Source: Candidatus Cloacimonadota bacterium (GTDB lineage: Bacteria > Cloacimonadota > Cloacimonadia > JGIOTU-2). From it: a stretch of 64,000 bases of DNA. Location: positions 62,330 through 126,329 of the forward strand of contig JBNGBT010000008.1 of NCBI GenBank assembly GCA_049903315.1, read 5' to 3'. The position numbers were made by a program, and so were the translations under genes. Below are positions 31,038-40,263 of this stretch, piece after piece; position 1 is the first letter of the stretch, and each line of letters begins with the position of its first letter. The notes under the pieces were generated by a model, which saw only the letters and a list, made by a program, of their open reading frames with translations, was not told where the DNA came from and ran no database searches.

Positions 31038-31672
31038 TGGCAATAAAATATTCGGAACTGGTGATCGAGCATTTTAAAAATCCGCATAATGTCGGCACGA
31101 TTGAGAAAGCAGATGCTCTTGCAACTGAAGGAAGCCCGGCGTGTGGAGATCAGCTCACAGTATATCTCAAAGTTAATCCTGACACACAGGTCATTGAAGA
31201 TATCAAATTCCAGTCATACGGATGTGCATCCAATATTGCCACAGCTTCGATAATCACCGATCTTGCTCTCGGTAAAACACTGGAAGAAGCAAAATCAATC
31301 AGTTGGAAGCAGGCAGCTGAAGAACTCGGAGGGCTTCCACCAGTGAAAATGCATTGCTCCGTGCTTGCAGTGGACGCATTACGCTCTGCGATCAAAGATT
31401 GGGAACATAAGCACCTTGGGAAAAAGGTCGAGGAGAATCTCACGAAAAAGAATCTCGTAAAAGAGCTTCAAAAAGTGATCTACGGGAAGGTGGGAGTTGA
31501 TATAGTGAGTTTGAAACTGCTCAAATATATCGGCATCGACGAGAAGAAGAATGTGTTGATTGAACTCGCTGTCTCAAAAGATGATCCTTTTATTGAAGAT
31601 CTAAAAAACGAGATTAATGAACGCATGGAGAAATTTCCTGGCATAGCTTCTGTTAAGATCTCACTGGTTTAG
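31037..31672 (+). CDS. iscU: Fe-S scaffold IscU/NifU-N with an extra C-terminal domain (DUF59-like)
   Basis: EHFKNPHNVG, GSPACGD, YGCAS, LPPVKMHCS; about 80 extra C-terminal residues. Confidence 0.88.
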   Translation: MAIKYSELVIEHFKNPHNVGTIEKADALATEGSPACGDQLTVYLKVNPDTQVIEDIKFQSYGCASNIATASIITDLALGKTLEEAKSISWKQAAEELGGLPPVKMHCSVLAVDALRSAIKDWEHKHLGKKVEENLTKKNLVKELQKVIYGKVGVDIVSLKLLKYIGIDEKKNVLIELAVSKDDPFIEDLKNEINERMEKFPGIASVKISLV

Positions 31673-31679
31673 CGGGCCT

Positions 31680-32010
31680 AACTCGGATAAGTCGGGAAAG
31701 ATTTAACCACGAAAGACACGAAATCCCACGAAAAATGAAAGAATAGAACGCTGATTACGCAGATTATACTGATCATCACGTATTCAGAAAATATTTTTCA
31801 AAAATGTAACAGAATTATAGAATTAAGTGACTAAATCAAATAAACCGAAACCACAAAGAATTCACCACAGAGAACACAGAGAAAATCTCCTCTAACAAGA
31901 GGAGTACGACTTTAGTCGGGAGGTGTGTTTCATAGGAAATTCCGTACCTGTCCCTGTGAATTGATTTATATTCAAGAGGGGTGAAATATTAGATATTCAC
32001 CCAGAAATCG
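31680..32010. repeat. Mosaic of short REP-like palindromes and 9-10-nt periodic motifs
   Basis: CACGAAA x3 (31708-31733); ACGCTGATT-ACGCAGATT; CCACAGAGAACACAGAG (31865-31881); CTCCTCT-aaca-AGAGGAG (31887-31904); CGACT-tt-AGTCG (31907-31918). Confidence 0.5.
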
Positions 32011-32102
32011 TTATGGATTTGATTGCTAAAACATTCAGTAAAAGGAATTGAGAATTAAGCAACTCATGCTCATCTACACTCTATAATTTTATAAAGAACG
32101 AT

Positions 32103-33050
32103 TTATTTTCTTTTTAGTAAATACACAAAAAATGGCGCACCGAAAAGTGCGGTCACAACACCGACCGGAATTTCAATTACCATCACTGAGCGCGCTATGG
32201 CATCGCATATCACGAGGAAGCTTGCACCAAGAAGCGCTGAGAGCGGAAGCATGTAGCGGTTGTCCGATCCAATAAGAAAACGGGCAATATGAGGGATGAT
32301 AAGTCCAACAAACCCGATAATTCCAACAAATGACACAATTATACCAACTAGAAATGAAGTAAGAATAAAGAGGAACTTTCGAGTTTTGTAAACATTCACC
32401 CCGAGTGTCTCTGCAGAATATTCCCCGGTTGAAAGGATGTTCAGCTTTGCCGAGAAAAGGCACAGGACAATCACGCCAATAATCGAAAAACCGGCAATCA
32501 TCCAGAGTAAAAATGACGTGGATTGAGAAAATATGAACCCGAGATTTCCCATAAGAATTGAGAATATTTGAGCAAGGTCTTTATGAAAGATGCTCATGAG
32601 AAAAGCAATGATCGCAGAGAAGAACATATTCACCACAACACCTGCAAGAATAAGCCTGGTTTTATCAATATGACGTTTTGTTTGAGCAATTTTCCATACA
32701 AGTATCATTGTAATAAGAGCGCCGAGAAATCCGAATAACGGCATCAAATATATCTTCTTGAGAAGAAGACCGATGATATTTCCAAGTGCGGCGCCGGAAG
32801 AGATGCCGAGCAAATAAGGTTCTGCAAGGGGATTATGAAGCATGCCCTGAAGTACACCGCCACTTGTTGCAAGCACAAGACCGGCAGCGATCCCAAGCAT
32901 GATGCGCGGTATTCGAATGTTAAATAAGATATTTTTGCTTGTTTCCGAAAGAGAAAAAAGATTAATGGAGCTTCCACCAATCTGAAGCGATACAAATATT
33001 GCGGCAAGTAATGCAATAAATCCGAGGAGAATGTATAATTTCTTATTCAT
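32103..33050 (-). CDS. ABC transporter permease, BtuC/FecCD family
   Basis: IRIPR, NPLAEPYLLGISSGAALG, GEYSAETLGV, GIIGFVGLIIPH, EIPVGVVTALFGAPFF. Confidence 0.92.
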   Translation of the reverse strand: MNKKLYILLGFIALLAAIFVSLQIGGSSINLFSLSETSKNILFNIRIPRIMLGIAAGLVLATSGGVLQGMLHNPLAEPYLLGISSGAALGNIIGLLLKKIYLMPLFGFLGALITMILVWKIAQTKRHIDKTRLILAGVVVNMFFSAIIAFLMSIFHKDLAQIFSILMGNLGFIFSQSTSFLLWMIAGFSIIGVIVLCLFSAKLNILSTGEYSAETLGVNVYKTRKFLFILTSFLVGIIVSFVGIIGFVGLIIPHIARFLIGSDNRYMLPLSALLGASFLVICDAIARSVMVIEIPVGVVTALFGAPFFVYLLKRK

Positions 33051-33875
33051 TTATTGAGAAGAAAGCTGCGATAATTTTTGTATTCCCTGAACGATTCGAG
33101 GACCAGCCCTTAAAATGAGATCGGGATCGATATCTTCTGTGGTGAAGATCATGTCGTTTTTGTTTGCGTTAATTTTATCCCACCCCAATCTGTCTTTGAT
33201 GTCCGCCTTATTCACATGTGGGTACGTAATAAGAATGATATCAGGATTGAGTTCCACAACTTTTTCTGCTGAGACAGAACAATATTCTCGAGGGAGTATA
33301 GGAAAGATGTTCTTAAGTCCTGCTTTGAGAATCATGTCTCCAACAAAGGAATCTGAAGATGCTGTCATGAGAGGATTGTTGTAGATTTCAACATAGATTG
33401 TCGGGGCTTCTTGAGGTTTTTGTATTATGTCGATTGCATTCTGCATTGAGACTATAAGTGAGTCAGCGCTATCTTCTTTTTCCAGATAGGTTCCTATCTC
33501 AGATATTGTATGATAGAGTCCGTTAATTGATCTCGGATAGAATTGGTGAACAGTAATATTGAGATCCCGCAATTTCTGTGAGAAAATTTCCTGCTCCATG
33601 CCTGTGAGAAAAACTGCATCCGGTTCGAGGGCAAGAATTTTTTCTATATTTGGAGCACTGAAACTGCCAATGATATCTTTCTGTTGAAGCGTGAGAGGAT
33701 AGTCGCACTCCAGTGTAATACCGATTATGTGATTTTCAGCTCCGATAGAGCAAACTATCTCTGCAAGCTCCGGCGAGAGCACCACTATCTGAGGATGGGG
33801 GGCGTCTACTTTTTCCATTGCAGAATTGCAGCCGATGATCAAGATCAGTAAAAACAGAAAGAAACATTTTTTCAT
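33051..33875 (-). CDS. Cobalamin-binding lipoprotein, BtuF-like
   Basis: Lipobox IIGC; IVVLSPELAEI, CDYP, PNIEKILALEPD, ILRAGPRI; first gene after the B12 riboswitch. Confidence 0.88.
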   Translation of the reverse strand: MKKCFFLFLLILIIGCNSAMEKVDAPHPQIVVLSPELAEIVCSIGAENHIIGITLECDYPLTLQQKDIIGSFSAPNIEKILALEPDAVFLTGMEQEIFSQKLRDLNITVHQFYPRSINGLYHTISEIGTYLEKEDSADSLIVSMQNAIDIIQKPQEAPTIYVEIYNNPLMTASSDSFVGDMILKAGLKNIFPILPREYCSVSAEKVVELNPDIILITYPHVNKADIKDRLGWDKINANKNDMIFTTEDIDPDLILRAGPRIVQGIQKLSQLSSQ

Positions 33876-33942
33876 AAAAAAAAACCCAATCTCGGTGGAA
33901 AATGGGTTCTCATTGTATGAGAATTATTCTTTCCGCCGAAAA
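33876..33942 (-). terminator. Riboswitch expression platform (terminator and competing hairpin)
   Basis: On the - strand AACCCA-N14-TGGGTT followed by a T run directly before the btuF-like ATG; upstream TTTCGGCGGAAAG can pair with the loop segment TTTTCCACCGAGA. Confidence 0.6.
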
Positions 33943-33952
33943 ATAATTGTCT

Positions 33953-34137
33953 AATATATAAGGCAGGTTTCCTGGCTTACAGCGGAACAAGGATGCCTTC
34001 CCATTCCCGAATGTTCGGGATCAGTGACGTCTCCTTACAAAAGATGCTGATTACAGTGGCGGGGACCGCTTCCGATTTTCACGGAATTCCCTCTTGGTAT
34101 TATGCCATTGGCACGCACACAAGCACCTTATATATTA
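33953..34137 (-). ncRNA. Cobalamin (B12) riboswitch
   Basis: - strand reads ...AGAGGGAATTCCGTGAAAATCGGAAGCGGTCCCCGCCACTGT...GTCACTG...TGGGAAGGC...AAGCCAGGAAACCTGCC; closing stem TATATAAGG/CCTTATATA; upstream of B12 transport genes. Confidence 0.95.
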
Positions 34138-34193
34138 CACTCTATGGTTGAGAAGTTGCAGCGCGTTTAGAGCTTGTCAAATAAAACGTGATT

Positions 34194-34679
34194 TTATACA
34201 AGATCGTGGATAATATTTTTAAATGCAACGTGTATGATAGCCAGAAGTATTGAGAATATTACAACTGCGAAGGCGATCTTCCAGGAAAATCCTATAAGGG
34301 CTATACCCAAAGCAGTACCGCATGCCGGGGGGTGTTCGCAGTCTATCATGACCATGATGAACATTGAAAGACCGACCGAGGTGGCAAGCAGGAGCATATC
34401 AACATAAAAAGAAGAGACAGAGATTAAGGAGATTAAAGAACCAACGACTAAACCGGTTAGATGACCACCGATCACGCTTCTTGGCCGAGCAGAGATACTG
34501 TTTGGCATAGCAAAAATAACGAACACCGTTGCACCCATTGATGCGATCACAATTGCATTGCTGAATTTCAGGATCACGAGGACAAAAAAGATCGAAATCG
34601 TCGCAATAACACTTTGGAAAATGTAATTTTTCCAATATTTTTGTAATTCTGTTTTGTTTTTCTTTAAAATATTTTTCAT
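34194..34679 (-). CDS. HPP family membrane protein
   Basis: ASMGATVFVIFAMP, SARPRSVIGGH, CEHPPACGTAL. Confidence 0.88.
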   Translation of the reverse strand: MKNILKKNKTELQKYWKNYIFQSVIATISIFFVLVILKFSNAIVIASMGATVFVIFAMPNSISARPRSVIGGHLTGLVVGSLISLISVSSFYVDMLLLATSVGLSMFIMVMIDCEHPPACGTALGIALIGFSWKIAFAVVIFSILLAIIHVAFKNIIHDLV

Positions 34680-34684
34680 AAAGG

Positions 34685-34999
34685 TTATATGGTCTTATGT
34701 ATTGGCAGCAGCACGATATTTCCTATCCCATCATCAACGAACTTCACGCCTGAACGCTTCAGCTCATCGAGCATAAAATCGATCTGAGCTTCATCTGCAA
34801 TTGCCATAATAAGTTCTGTGAACTGTGTTTCAGAACCAAAAGAATTACGAAATCCCGCAAATAACGGCATGCTGAAAGTCATTTTGTGACTCAAAGATTC
34901 ACCACTCAGCACGATCGTGTCTTCGACTCCTGCTTCTGCAAGAGCCATCATCACATCATCTAAATATTTCGCCTTGTAAAGCTGTAAAATCATATACAT
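34685..34999 (-). CDS. Small PII/GlnB-like-fold protein
   Basis: 104 aa; YLDDVMMALAEAGVEDTIVLSGES and C-terminal GIGNIVLLPI resemble the PII superfamily; canonical T-loop not recognisable. Confidence 0.55.
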   Translation of the reverse strand: MYMILQLYKAKYLDDVMMALAEAGVEDTIVLSGESLSHKMTFSMPLFAGFRNSFGSETQFTELIMAIADEAQIDFMLDELKRSGVKFVDDGIGNIVLLPIHKTI

Positions 35000-35014
35000 G
35001 ATTTTCTCCTAAAC

Positions 35015-36235
35015 TTATTCACCTTTGTCTAACATTGCTTCACCGGATTTGAACAAAGCCCATTTAAGAAAGAAGGGGCCAACAAGCATGACAAGAAAAG
35101 TGGTCGCAGTCACCGTGCTGATTATTTGCTTGGCATAAAGTGTCATCCCAAGATTTTCTAGGGTTTTTGATGCCGCGAGTGCAAGCCCGATTGCCACACC
35201 TGCCTGGTCCAGAAGGCAGAAACCGAGATACTTACGCACCGGTTCTGTGGCGTGGGAGAGTGAACCGCCAATATAAGAACCTACCCATTTACCGGAAGAA
35301 CGAGCGAGAATATACACGATGGCAAGCAAGCCGTATTTTATCAATAGTGAAAGATCCAAGCGAGCGCCGACAAGAACGAAGAACCATACATAAACAGGGG
35401 GTGACCAGTCTCCGAGAGCGGAGAAAATCTTTCTTGCATTAATTGGCTTTGAGTTTATTACAACAATGCCCATTGCCATATTTAAAAGTATGGGTGAGAG
35501 TATCAGAACTTCCGCGATTCCGCAGTTTAGCAAGATAATACCCAAAGAGAATATGAGCAGTTTTACCCGATCATGAATTCGTCTGGTGACAAACAACATA
35601 ACGAATCCCATAGCTGTTCCGATGACCACAGAGAGAAACATTTCAAGCCCGGCAGTGCCAAGAGCAGTAAGTATCGATGCAGAAGCCCCTGTATGTGTTG
35701 TGCCAAGGAAGATCAGCGAAATAGGAAGAACAATGATAAAAATGATGAGTGCGAGGATATCATCCAGTCCTACAATAGCATACAAAGTAGTAGTGAGTGT
35801 GCCTTTTGCTTTGTATTCCCGAACGACCTCGACAGTTGCCGCTGGGGCGGTTGCTACCGCAAGTGCGCCAAATATTATACCAAGAGGAATGCTCTTGAGC
35901 AAAACACTGAGTGCGATACCGACAAAAATAAAAGCGCCGAAAGATTCAAAGAACAGGGTATAGATAATTACTTTTCCCAGCTTCTTGATCTCACTCCATC
36001 TTAATGCGCCGCCTATTCCAAAACCAATAAGAGAAAGTGTGAGTACATTTATAATTTCGAGGGATTGTATCTGGTCGTATGATATAAGATTAAAAACACT
36101 TGGACCGAGAAGAGCTCCTGCAATTATATATCCGACTATCAGGGGTGATTTGAGGAGTTTTGCTCCATTTGAGAATATAAGCGCTGCGATGAGAGATATA
36201 CCAAGAAAAAGAAATATATAAGGAGTCGACCCCAT
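35015..36235 (-). CDS. Cation:proton antiporter (CPA family)
   Basis: PLIVGYIIAGALLGPS, ATAPAAT, GLDDIL, FFVLVGARLD, QAGVAIGL. Confidence 0.9.
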   Translation of the reverse strand: MGSTPYIFLFLGISLIAALIFSNGAKLLKSPLIVGYIIAGALLGPSVFNLISYDQIQSLEIINVLTLSLIGFGIGGALRWSEIKKLGKVIIYTLFFESFGAFIFVGIALSVLLKSIPLGIIFGALAVATAPAATVEVVREYKAKGTLTTTLYAIVGLDDILALIIFIIVLPISLIFLGTTHTGASASILTALGTAGLEMFLSVVIGTAMGFVMLFVTRRIHDRVKLLIFSLGIILLNCGIAEVLILSPILLNMAMGIVVINSKPINARKIFSALGDWSPPVYVWFFVLVGARLDLSLLIKYGLLAIVYILARSSGKWVGSYIGGSLSHATEPVRKYLGFCLLDQAGVAIGLALAASKTLENLGMTLYAKQIISTVTATTFLVMLVGPFFLKWALFKSGEAMLDKGE

Positions 36236-36697
36236 TTAATCCTGGTCCTTTATAAGAGCATACATTTCTTCGGGAGTTGCCGCTTCAAGCAGATTTTTCA
36301 TAAAGGATTTATTTTTCAATCTGAGCACAAGCCGTGAGAGAAGGCGGATATAATCCTTATCCTGCGTATCTGATGCTCCTATCATGAATATGAGTTTAAC
36401 GGGTTTGTTATCTATCGATTCGTAATCCAACCCTTCTATTTTTCTGCCAAGTGCAATAACAAAATCCTGAACAGACGCATCACGAATATGAGGAACTGCA
36501 ATACTATATCCAATGCCGGTACTCATCAATTTTTCCCTTTCATATATCTTCTTCAAAAAGAGAGCTTCATCCGAGATCAAATCACTTGTTCCTATTACTT
36601 GGGAGAGTTCTTTCAGGGCATCATTTTTATTGTCAGATTCTATATCAATAATACGATTTATATTCATATATTTATAAATCTCAATGGACTGTGCCAT
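36236..36697 (-). CDS. Stand-alone PTS EIIA (fructose/nitrogen-type) protein
   Basis: EREKLMSTGIGYSIAVPH with the phospho-acceptor His; IDNKPVKLIFMI. Confidence 0.88.
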   Translation of the reverse strand: MAQSIEIYKYMNINRIIDIESDNKNDALKELSQVIGTSDLISDEALFLKKIYEREKLMSTGIGYSIAVPHIRDASVQDFVIALGRKIEGLDYESIDNKPVKLIFMIGASDTQDKDYIRLLSRLVLRLKNKSFMKNLLEAATPEEMYALIKDQD

Positions 36698-36854
36698 ACT
36701 TTAACCATCCTGAAACAATATTTCCGTCTCTTTTTTTGATGAATGAATTATTGTCAAAGAATAACAAGTCTATAATATAGTATCACTATTTTCTTGACGG
36801 ATTTACTTATATTTTTCATATAAACATAAATTAATAAGAAATCAGGAGTTACCT

Positions 36855-37577
36855 ATGCAAAAGTACATAAAAATTTTATTCGGAATAATTTTATTAGCAT
36901 TTTCCCTCATGCTCACAAACTGTGATTCGCCCCTTTCTGACGAGCCCCTGAATAATCCAGCGTTGATTGCACCTTCACTTACAATTGAGCGCACTTATGA
37001 TAATTCAAAAGCGCTTAAGGGAGAAGCTATAGCTTTTATCTGGGATAAAAATTTTAACCTTGTGAGGATCAAAGATGGCGGCGTGTCCGTGAATGGCACA
37101 GATCTGATACTTGAATATTTGATCACCGGCGGTCCCTATTATGAAACAACGGGAAATTATCCGGTATATCAGAACACGATTTATACAATGACCGTAGAAA
37201 TGAGTAATGGAGACACCTATGATTCTGAGGTTAGAACTCAATTCCATGATCTACATACCTTCAATATACCTGCTACTTTCAGCCATACGGATAGTATTCA
37301 TGTGTCATGGGAGGAGATCGTTACGTGTGATACTATGTGGATCGAGTTTAGTTATATTGAGGATGATGATAGCGGCATCGTAAATGTTGGGATTCCTCAG
37401 GATAGCGTAGATACCGGCGGCTTTACGATAACACACAATAATTTTGATGAACTCGCAGGGAAATCAGTACAGGCAAAACTCATATCCGAGAAATTCGGAA
37501 CCGAAAATTCACATTTCAAGATAGGCGCGATGATATCTTCGAAGTATACAGTGATTAAAGAGTGCCAGATTAACTAA
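36855..37577 (+). CDS. Hypothetical lipoprotein
   Basis: Signal ending MLTNC; beta-rich mature part; AGGAG RBS. Confidence 0.6.
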   Translation: MQKYIKILFGIILLAFSLMLTNCDSPLSDEPLNNPALIAPSLTIERTYDNSKALKGEAIAFIWDKNFNLVRIKDGGVSVNGTDLILEYLITGGPYYETTGNYPVYQNTIYTMTVEMSNGDTYDSEVRTQFHDLHTFNIPATFSHTDSIHVSWEEIVTCDTMWIEFSYIEDDDSGIVNVGIPQDSVDTGGFTITHNNFDELAGKSVQAKLISEKFGTENSHFKIGAMISSKYTVIKECQIN

Positions 37578-37595
37578 AGAATTCCTTCCACCCAC

Positions 37596-38201
37596 ATGCT
37601 GCATTTTCTCGTTCAGGTTGATAAGTCTGTCTTCCTTTTTATTAACAAAACCTTATCAAATTCTTTTTTTGATAAAATATTTCCAATCATAACAGAACCA
37701 AGGAATTGGCTGATCGTAATGCTGATCGCTCTGATATTCTTTATCATTAAAGAGAAAAAAAAAGCAATAGGTGTTATTGCTGTCGTTGTCATAGCTGTTG
37801 CCATTTCAGATCTTATTGCATACAGAATACTTAAACCGCTTTTTGGTCGGTTGCGCCCATGTCATCCGGAATTTTTTATTGGGGGTGGCAGATTCCTTAT
37901 TGGCATGAAAACCTCTTTTTCATTTCCCTCAAACCATGCGATGAATATGTTTACTGCTGCGACAGTACTTTCTTGTTTCTACAATAAATACTCAGGATAT
38001 TACTTTGGCTTTGCAATGTTGATAGGAATTTCCCGCATATATGTCGGCGTTCATTATCCACTTGATATTTTAGGGGGGGCAATGTTTGGGATACTGCTGG
38101 GAACAGGTGTCTATTTGGCTTATTGCAGGATCGGGATTTTCGTAAAAAGGCATGCAAGAAAGAAACAACGCGATGAAGATAACACCAAAGCAGAAAGCTG
38201 A
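37596..38201 (+). CDS. PAP2 family phosphatase (undecaprenyl-diphosphatase-like)
   Basis: KPLFGRLRP, SFPSNHA, SRIYVGVHYPLD. Confidence 0.92.
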   Translation: MLHFLVQVDKSVFLFINKTLSNSFFDKIFPIITEPRNWLIVMLIALIFFIIKEKKKAIGVIAVVVIAVAISDLIAYRILKPLFGRLRPCHPEFFIGGGRFLIGMKTSFSFPSNHAMNMFTAATVLSCFYNKYSGYYFGFAMLIGISRIYVGVHYPLDILGGAMFGILLGTGVYLAYCRIGIFVKRHARKKQRDEDNTKAES

Positions 38202-38994
38202 GTTCCAGAAAGAAGTATATACTTATTATAACAACCATAAACGCGATTTTCCCTGGCGAAAAACCGAAGATCCCTATTGTATTTTCGTGTCTGAGATAAT
38301 GCTGCAACAAACCCAAACAGATAGAGCTGTTGATAAGTATAGAGAATTTATACACGCATTTCCATCATTTGAAGAACTGGCACAAGCATCATTTGCTGAA
38401 GTTCTGGGAAAATGGAAAGGACTCGGTTATAACCGTCGTGCAAAATGGACACATGAAATCTCAAAAATAATAGTAAAAGATTACGATGGGAAAATGCCGG
38501 ATTCGCTTAAAGAGCTTGAGAAATTACCCGGAATTGGACACGCAACGGCACGATCTATTTCGGCTTTTGCATTTGATAGACCAACAGTATTTCTCGAAAC
38601 AAATATTCGAACAGTTTTGATACATCATTTTTTTGCTGATAAAGATAAAGTTGATGATGAAGAGCTTCTTAAAATAAGCGAGCAGGTTTTAGATGAAGAA
38701 AATCCGCGCGAGTGGTATTCTGCGCTTATGGATTATGGAGTATATCTAAAAAAAGAGCTTGGTAACCTCAATCATAAAAGCACACATTACAGAAAGCAAT
38801 CAAAATTCATAGGATCTGATAGACAGATCAGGGGCAAAATACTGGCCATTCTGCTGAAGGAAAAGGAGATTTCACTAAAGGAATTAATTAAAATATTAGA
38901 CGAGAATTCTGAAAGAGTCCTGGGAATTGTTGATGATCTTATAAAAGAGAATCTTATTAAAAGAGACAAGACAAACGAGTTACTACGTCTTTAG
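38173..38994 (+). CDS. mutY: A/G-specific adenine glycosylase, MutY-like, lacking the Fe-S motif
   Basis: RDFPWR, VSEIMLQQTQ, WKGLGYNRRA, LPGIGHATA HhH motif, ALMDYG; no Cys cluster after it. Confidence 0.8.
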   Translation: MKITPKQKAEFQKEVYTYYNNHKRDFPWRKTEDPYCIFVSEIMLQQTQTDRAVDKYREFIHAFPSFEELAQASFAEVLGKWKGLGYNRRAKWTHEISKIIVKDYDGKMPDSLKELEKLPGIGHATARSISAFAFDRPTVFLETNIRTVLIHHFFADKDKVDDEELLKISEQVLDEENPREWYSALMDYGVYLKKELGNLNHKSTHYRKQSKFIGSDRQIRGKILAILLKEKEISLKELIKILDENSERVLGIVDDLIKENLIKRDKTNELLRL

Positions 38995-40263
38995 TTTTTT
39001 CTTCTTTGCTGCAGGGAAGAGAATATTGTTGAGGATCAATCTGTAGCCCGGGGAATTCTTATGGAGCTCAAGAAGTGTCGGGGGATCACCAATTCTGTGC
39101 TGATAATCTTCGGGATCATGCCCGCCGTAAAAAGTAAATGTTCCTCGTCCAAAATTCCCATGAAGATATTTCACCTCACTTGCCCCTTCTACTTCTCCAA
39201 GTATTATCACACTGTTTTTTACATATTCCTTATGATAAGATGTGGTTTGTCCGAGGAATCCATTCACCACATTGACATGGCTTTGCGTGAGCATCGTGGG
39301 TACAGGGTCGTATTTTGCTGAAAATTGAAATAGTGTAAAATAGTCTGCTTCAGCACCACGGATTTGGGCATAATTACTCGCATCAATACTTGAGAATTCA
39401 TATTCATACGGATTTTTCACAAGAGAAAAATTCTCAAAAGCAAAAGTCCTGTCAAAATCGAGTTTTTGTTCAGCTTGTGAGTCCATCGGATCGCCGTCAA
39501 AAGGTACATCGCATATATCAATCCCGTATGCAGCCTGTGCAATATCATAGGTGTCAGTTGCTGCGCACATTGCAAAGAGAAATCCCCCGTTGCGGACATA
39601 TTCACGGATCATCTGCACAACTGCCTGTTTGAGCTGCCACACCTTGTCGAATCCAAGATTGTGAGCGAGCTCTTCATCAATCTGCTGAATTTCTTTGTAC
39701 CAGTTTGTGCTGTGGAATCCCGCATAAAATTTACCAAACTGTCCTGTGAAATCTTCATGATGGAGATGAAGCCAGTCATAATCTTCGAGCTTGCCCTGCA
39801 GAACCTCTGTGTCATAAACCGTATCATACGGAATCTCAGCATAGGTCAGTGCGAGCGTTACAGCATCGTCCCAGGGTTCTCCTGCAAAACCTTTCAATTG
39901 TCCCGCTTTGCTCTCCGGCAGTGTGTATACTGCGATTTTCGGAGCTTTCTCAAGGTGAACAATGTCCATGTTTGATTTTTCGATTGTTTGTTCTACTAAA
40001 AGATAATCCATGGGAGCAATCTGCTCATAAGTAACACCTTTCAAACGGCATAATGCTTCAAGATCATCGGCACCCGGTAATAAAAAAGAGCCCCCCCTGT
40101 AATTGAGAAGCCATTTGCTGTCATATCCCTTTTCTAGAGTTTTATAGACTACGCCATATGCTTTGAGGTGGTCTGTTTGGGAGAAATCCATTGGAATAAG
40201 AATTTCCGAATACACGAAAAAAGGAATGAAGACAATCAGGACAAAGATCGCTATTTTTTTCAT
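38983..40263 (-). CDS. Secreted conserved protein with a class-I glutamine-amidotransferase-like fold
   Basis: Signal peptide; HLKAYG, WLLNYRGGSF, DWLHLHHEDFTGQ, GGFLFAMCAATD nucleophile-elbow-like motif, YGGHDPEDY. Confidence 0.6.
   Translation of the reverse strand: MKKIAIFVLIVFIPFFVYSEILIPMDFSQTDHLKAYGVVYKTLEKGYDSKWLLNYRGGSFLLPGADDLEALCRLKGVTYEQIAPMDYLLVEQTIEKSNMDIVHLEKAPKIAVYTLPESKAGQLKGFAGEPWDDAVTLALTYAEIPYDTVYDTEVLQGKLEDYDWLHLHHEDFTGQFGKFYAGFHSTNWYKEIQQIDEELAHNLGFDKVWQLKQAVVQMIREYVRNGGFLFAMCAATDTYDIAQAAYGIDICDVPFDGDPMDSQAEQKLDFDRTFAFENFSLVKNPYEYEFSSIDASNYAQIRGAEADYFTLFQFSAKYDPVPTMLTQSHVNVVNGFLGQTTSYHKEYVKNSVIILGEVEGASEVKYLHGNFGRGTFTFYGGHDPEDYQHRIGDPPTLLELHKNSPGYRLILNNILFPAAKKKKLKT

Noticed and set aside
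31680..32010. CRISPR array
   Set aside because: Repeats are short, heterogeneous and lack constant-length spacers; no cas genes in the window
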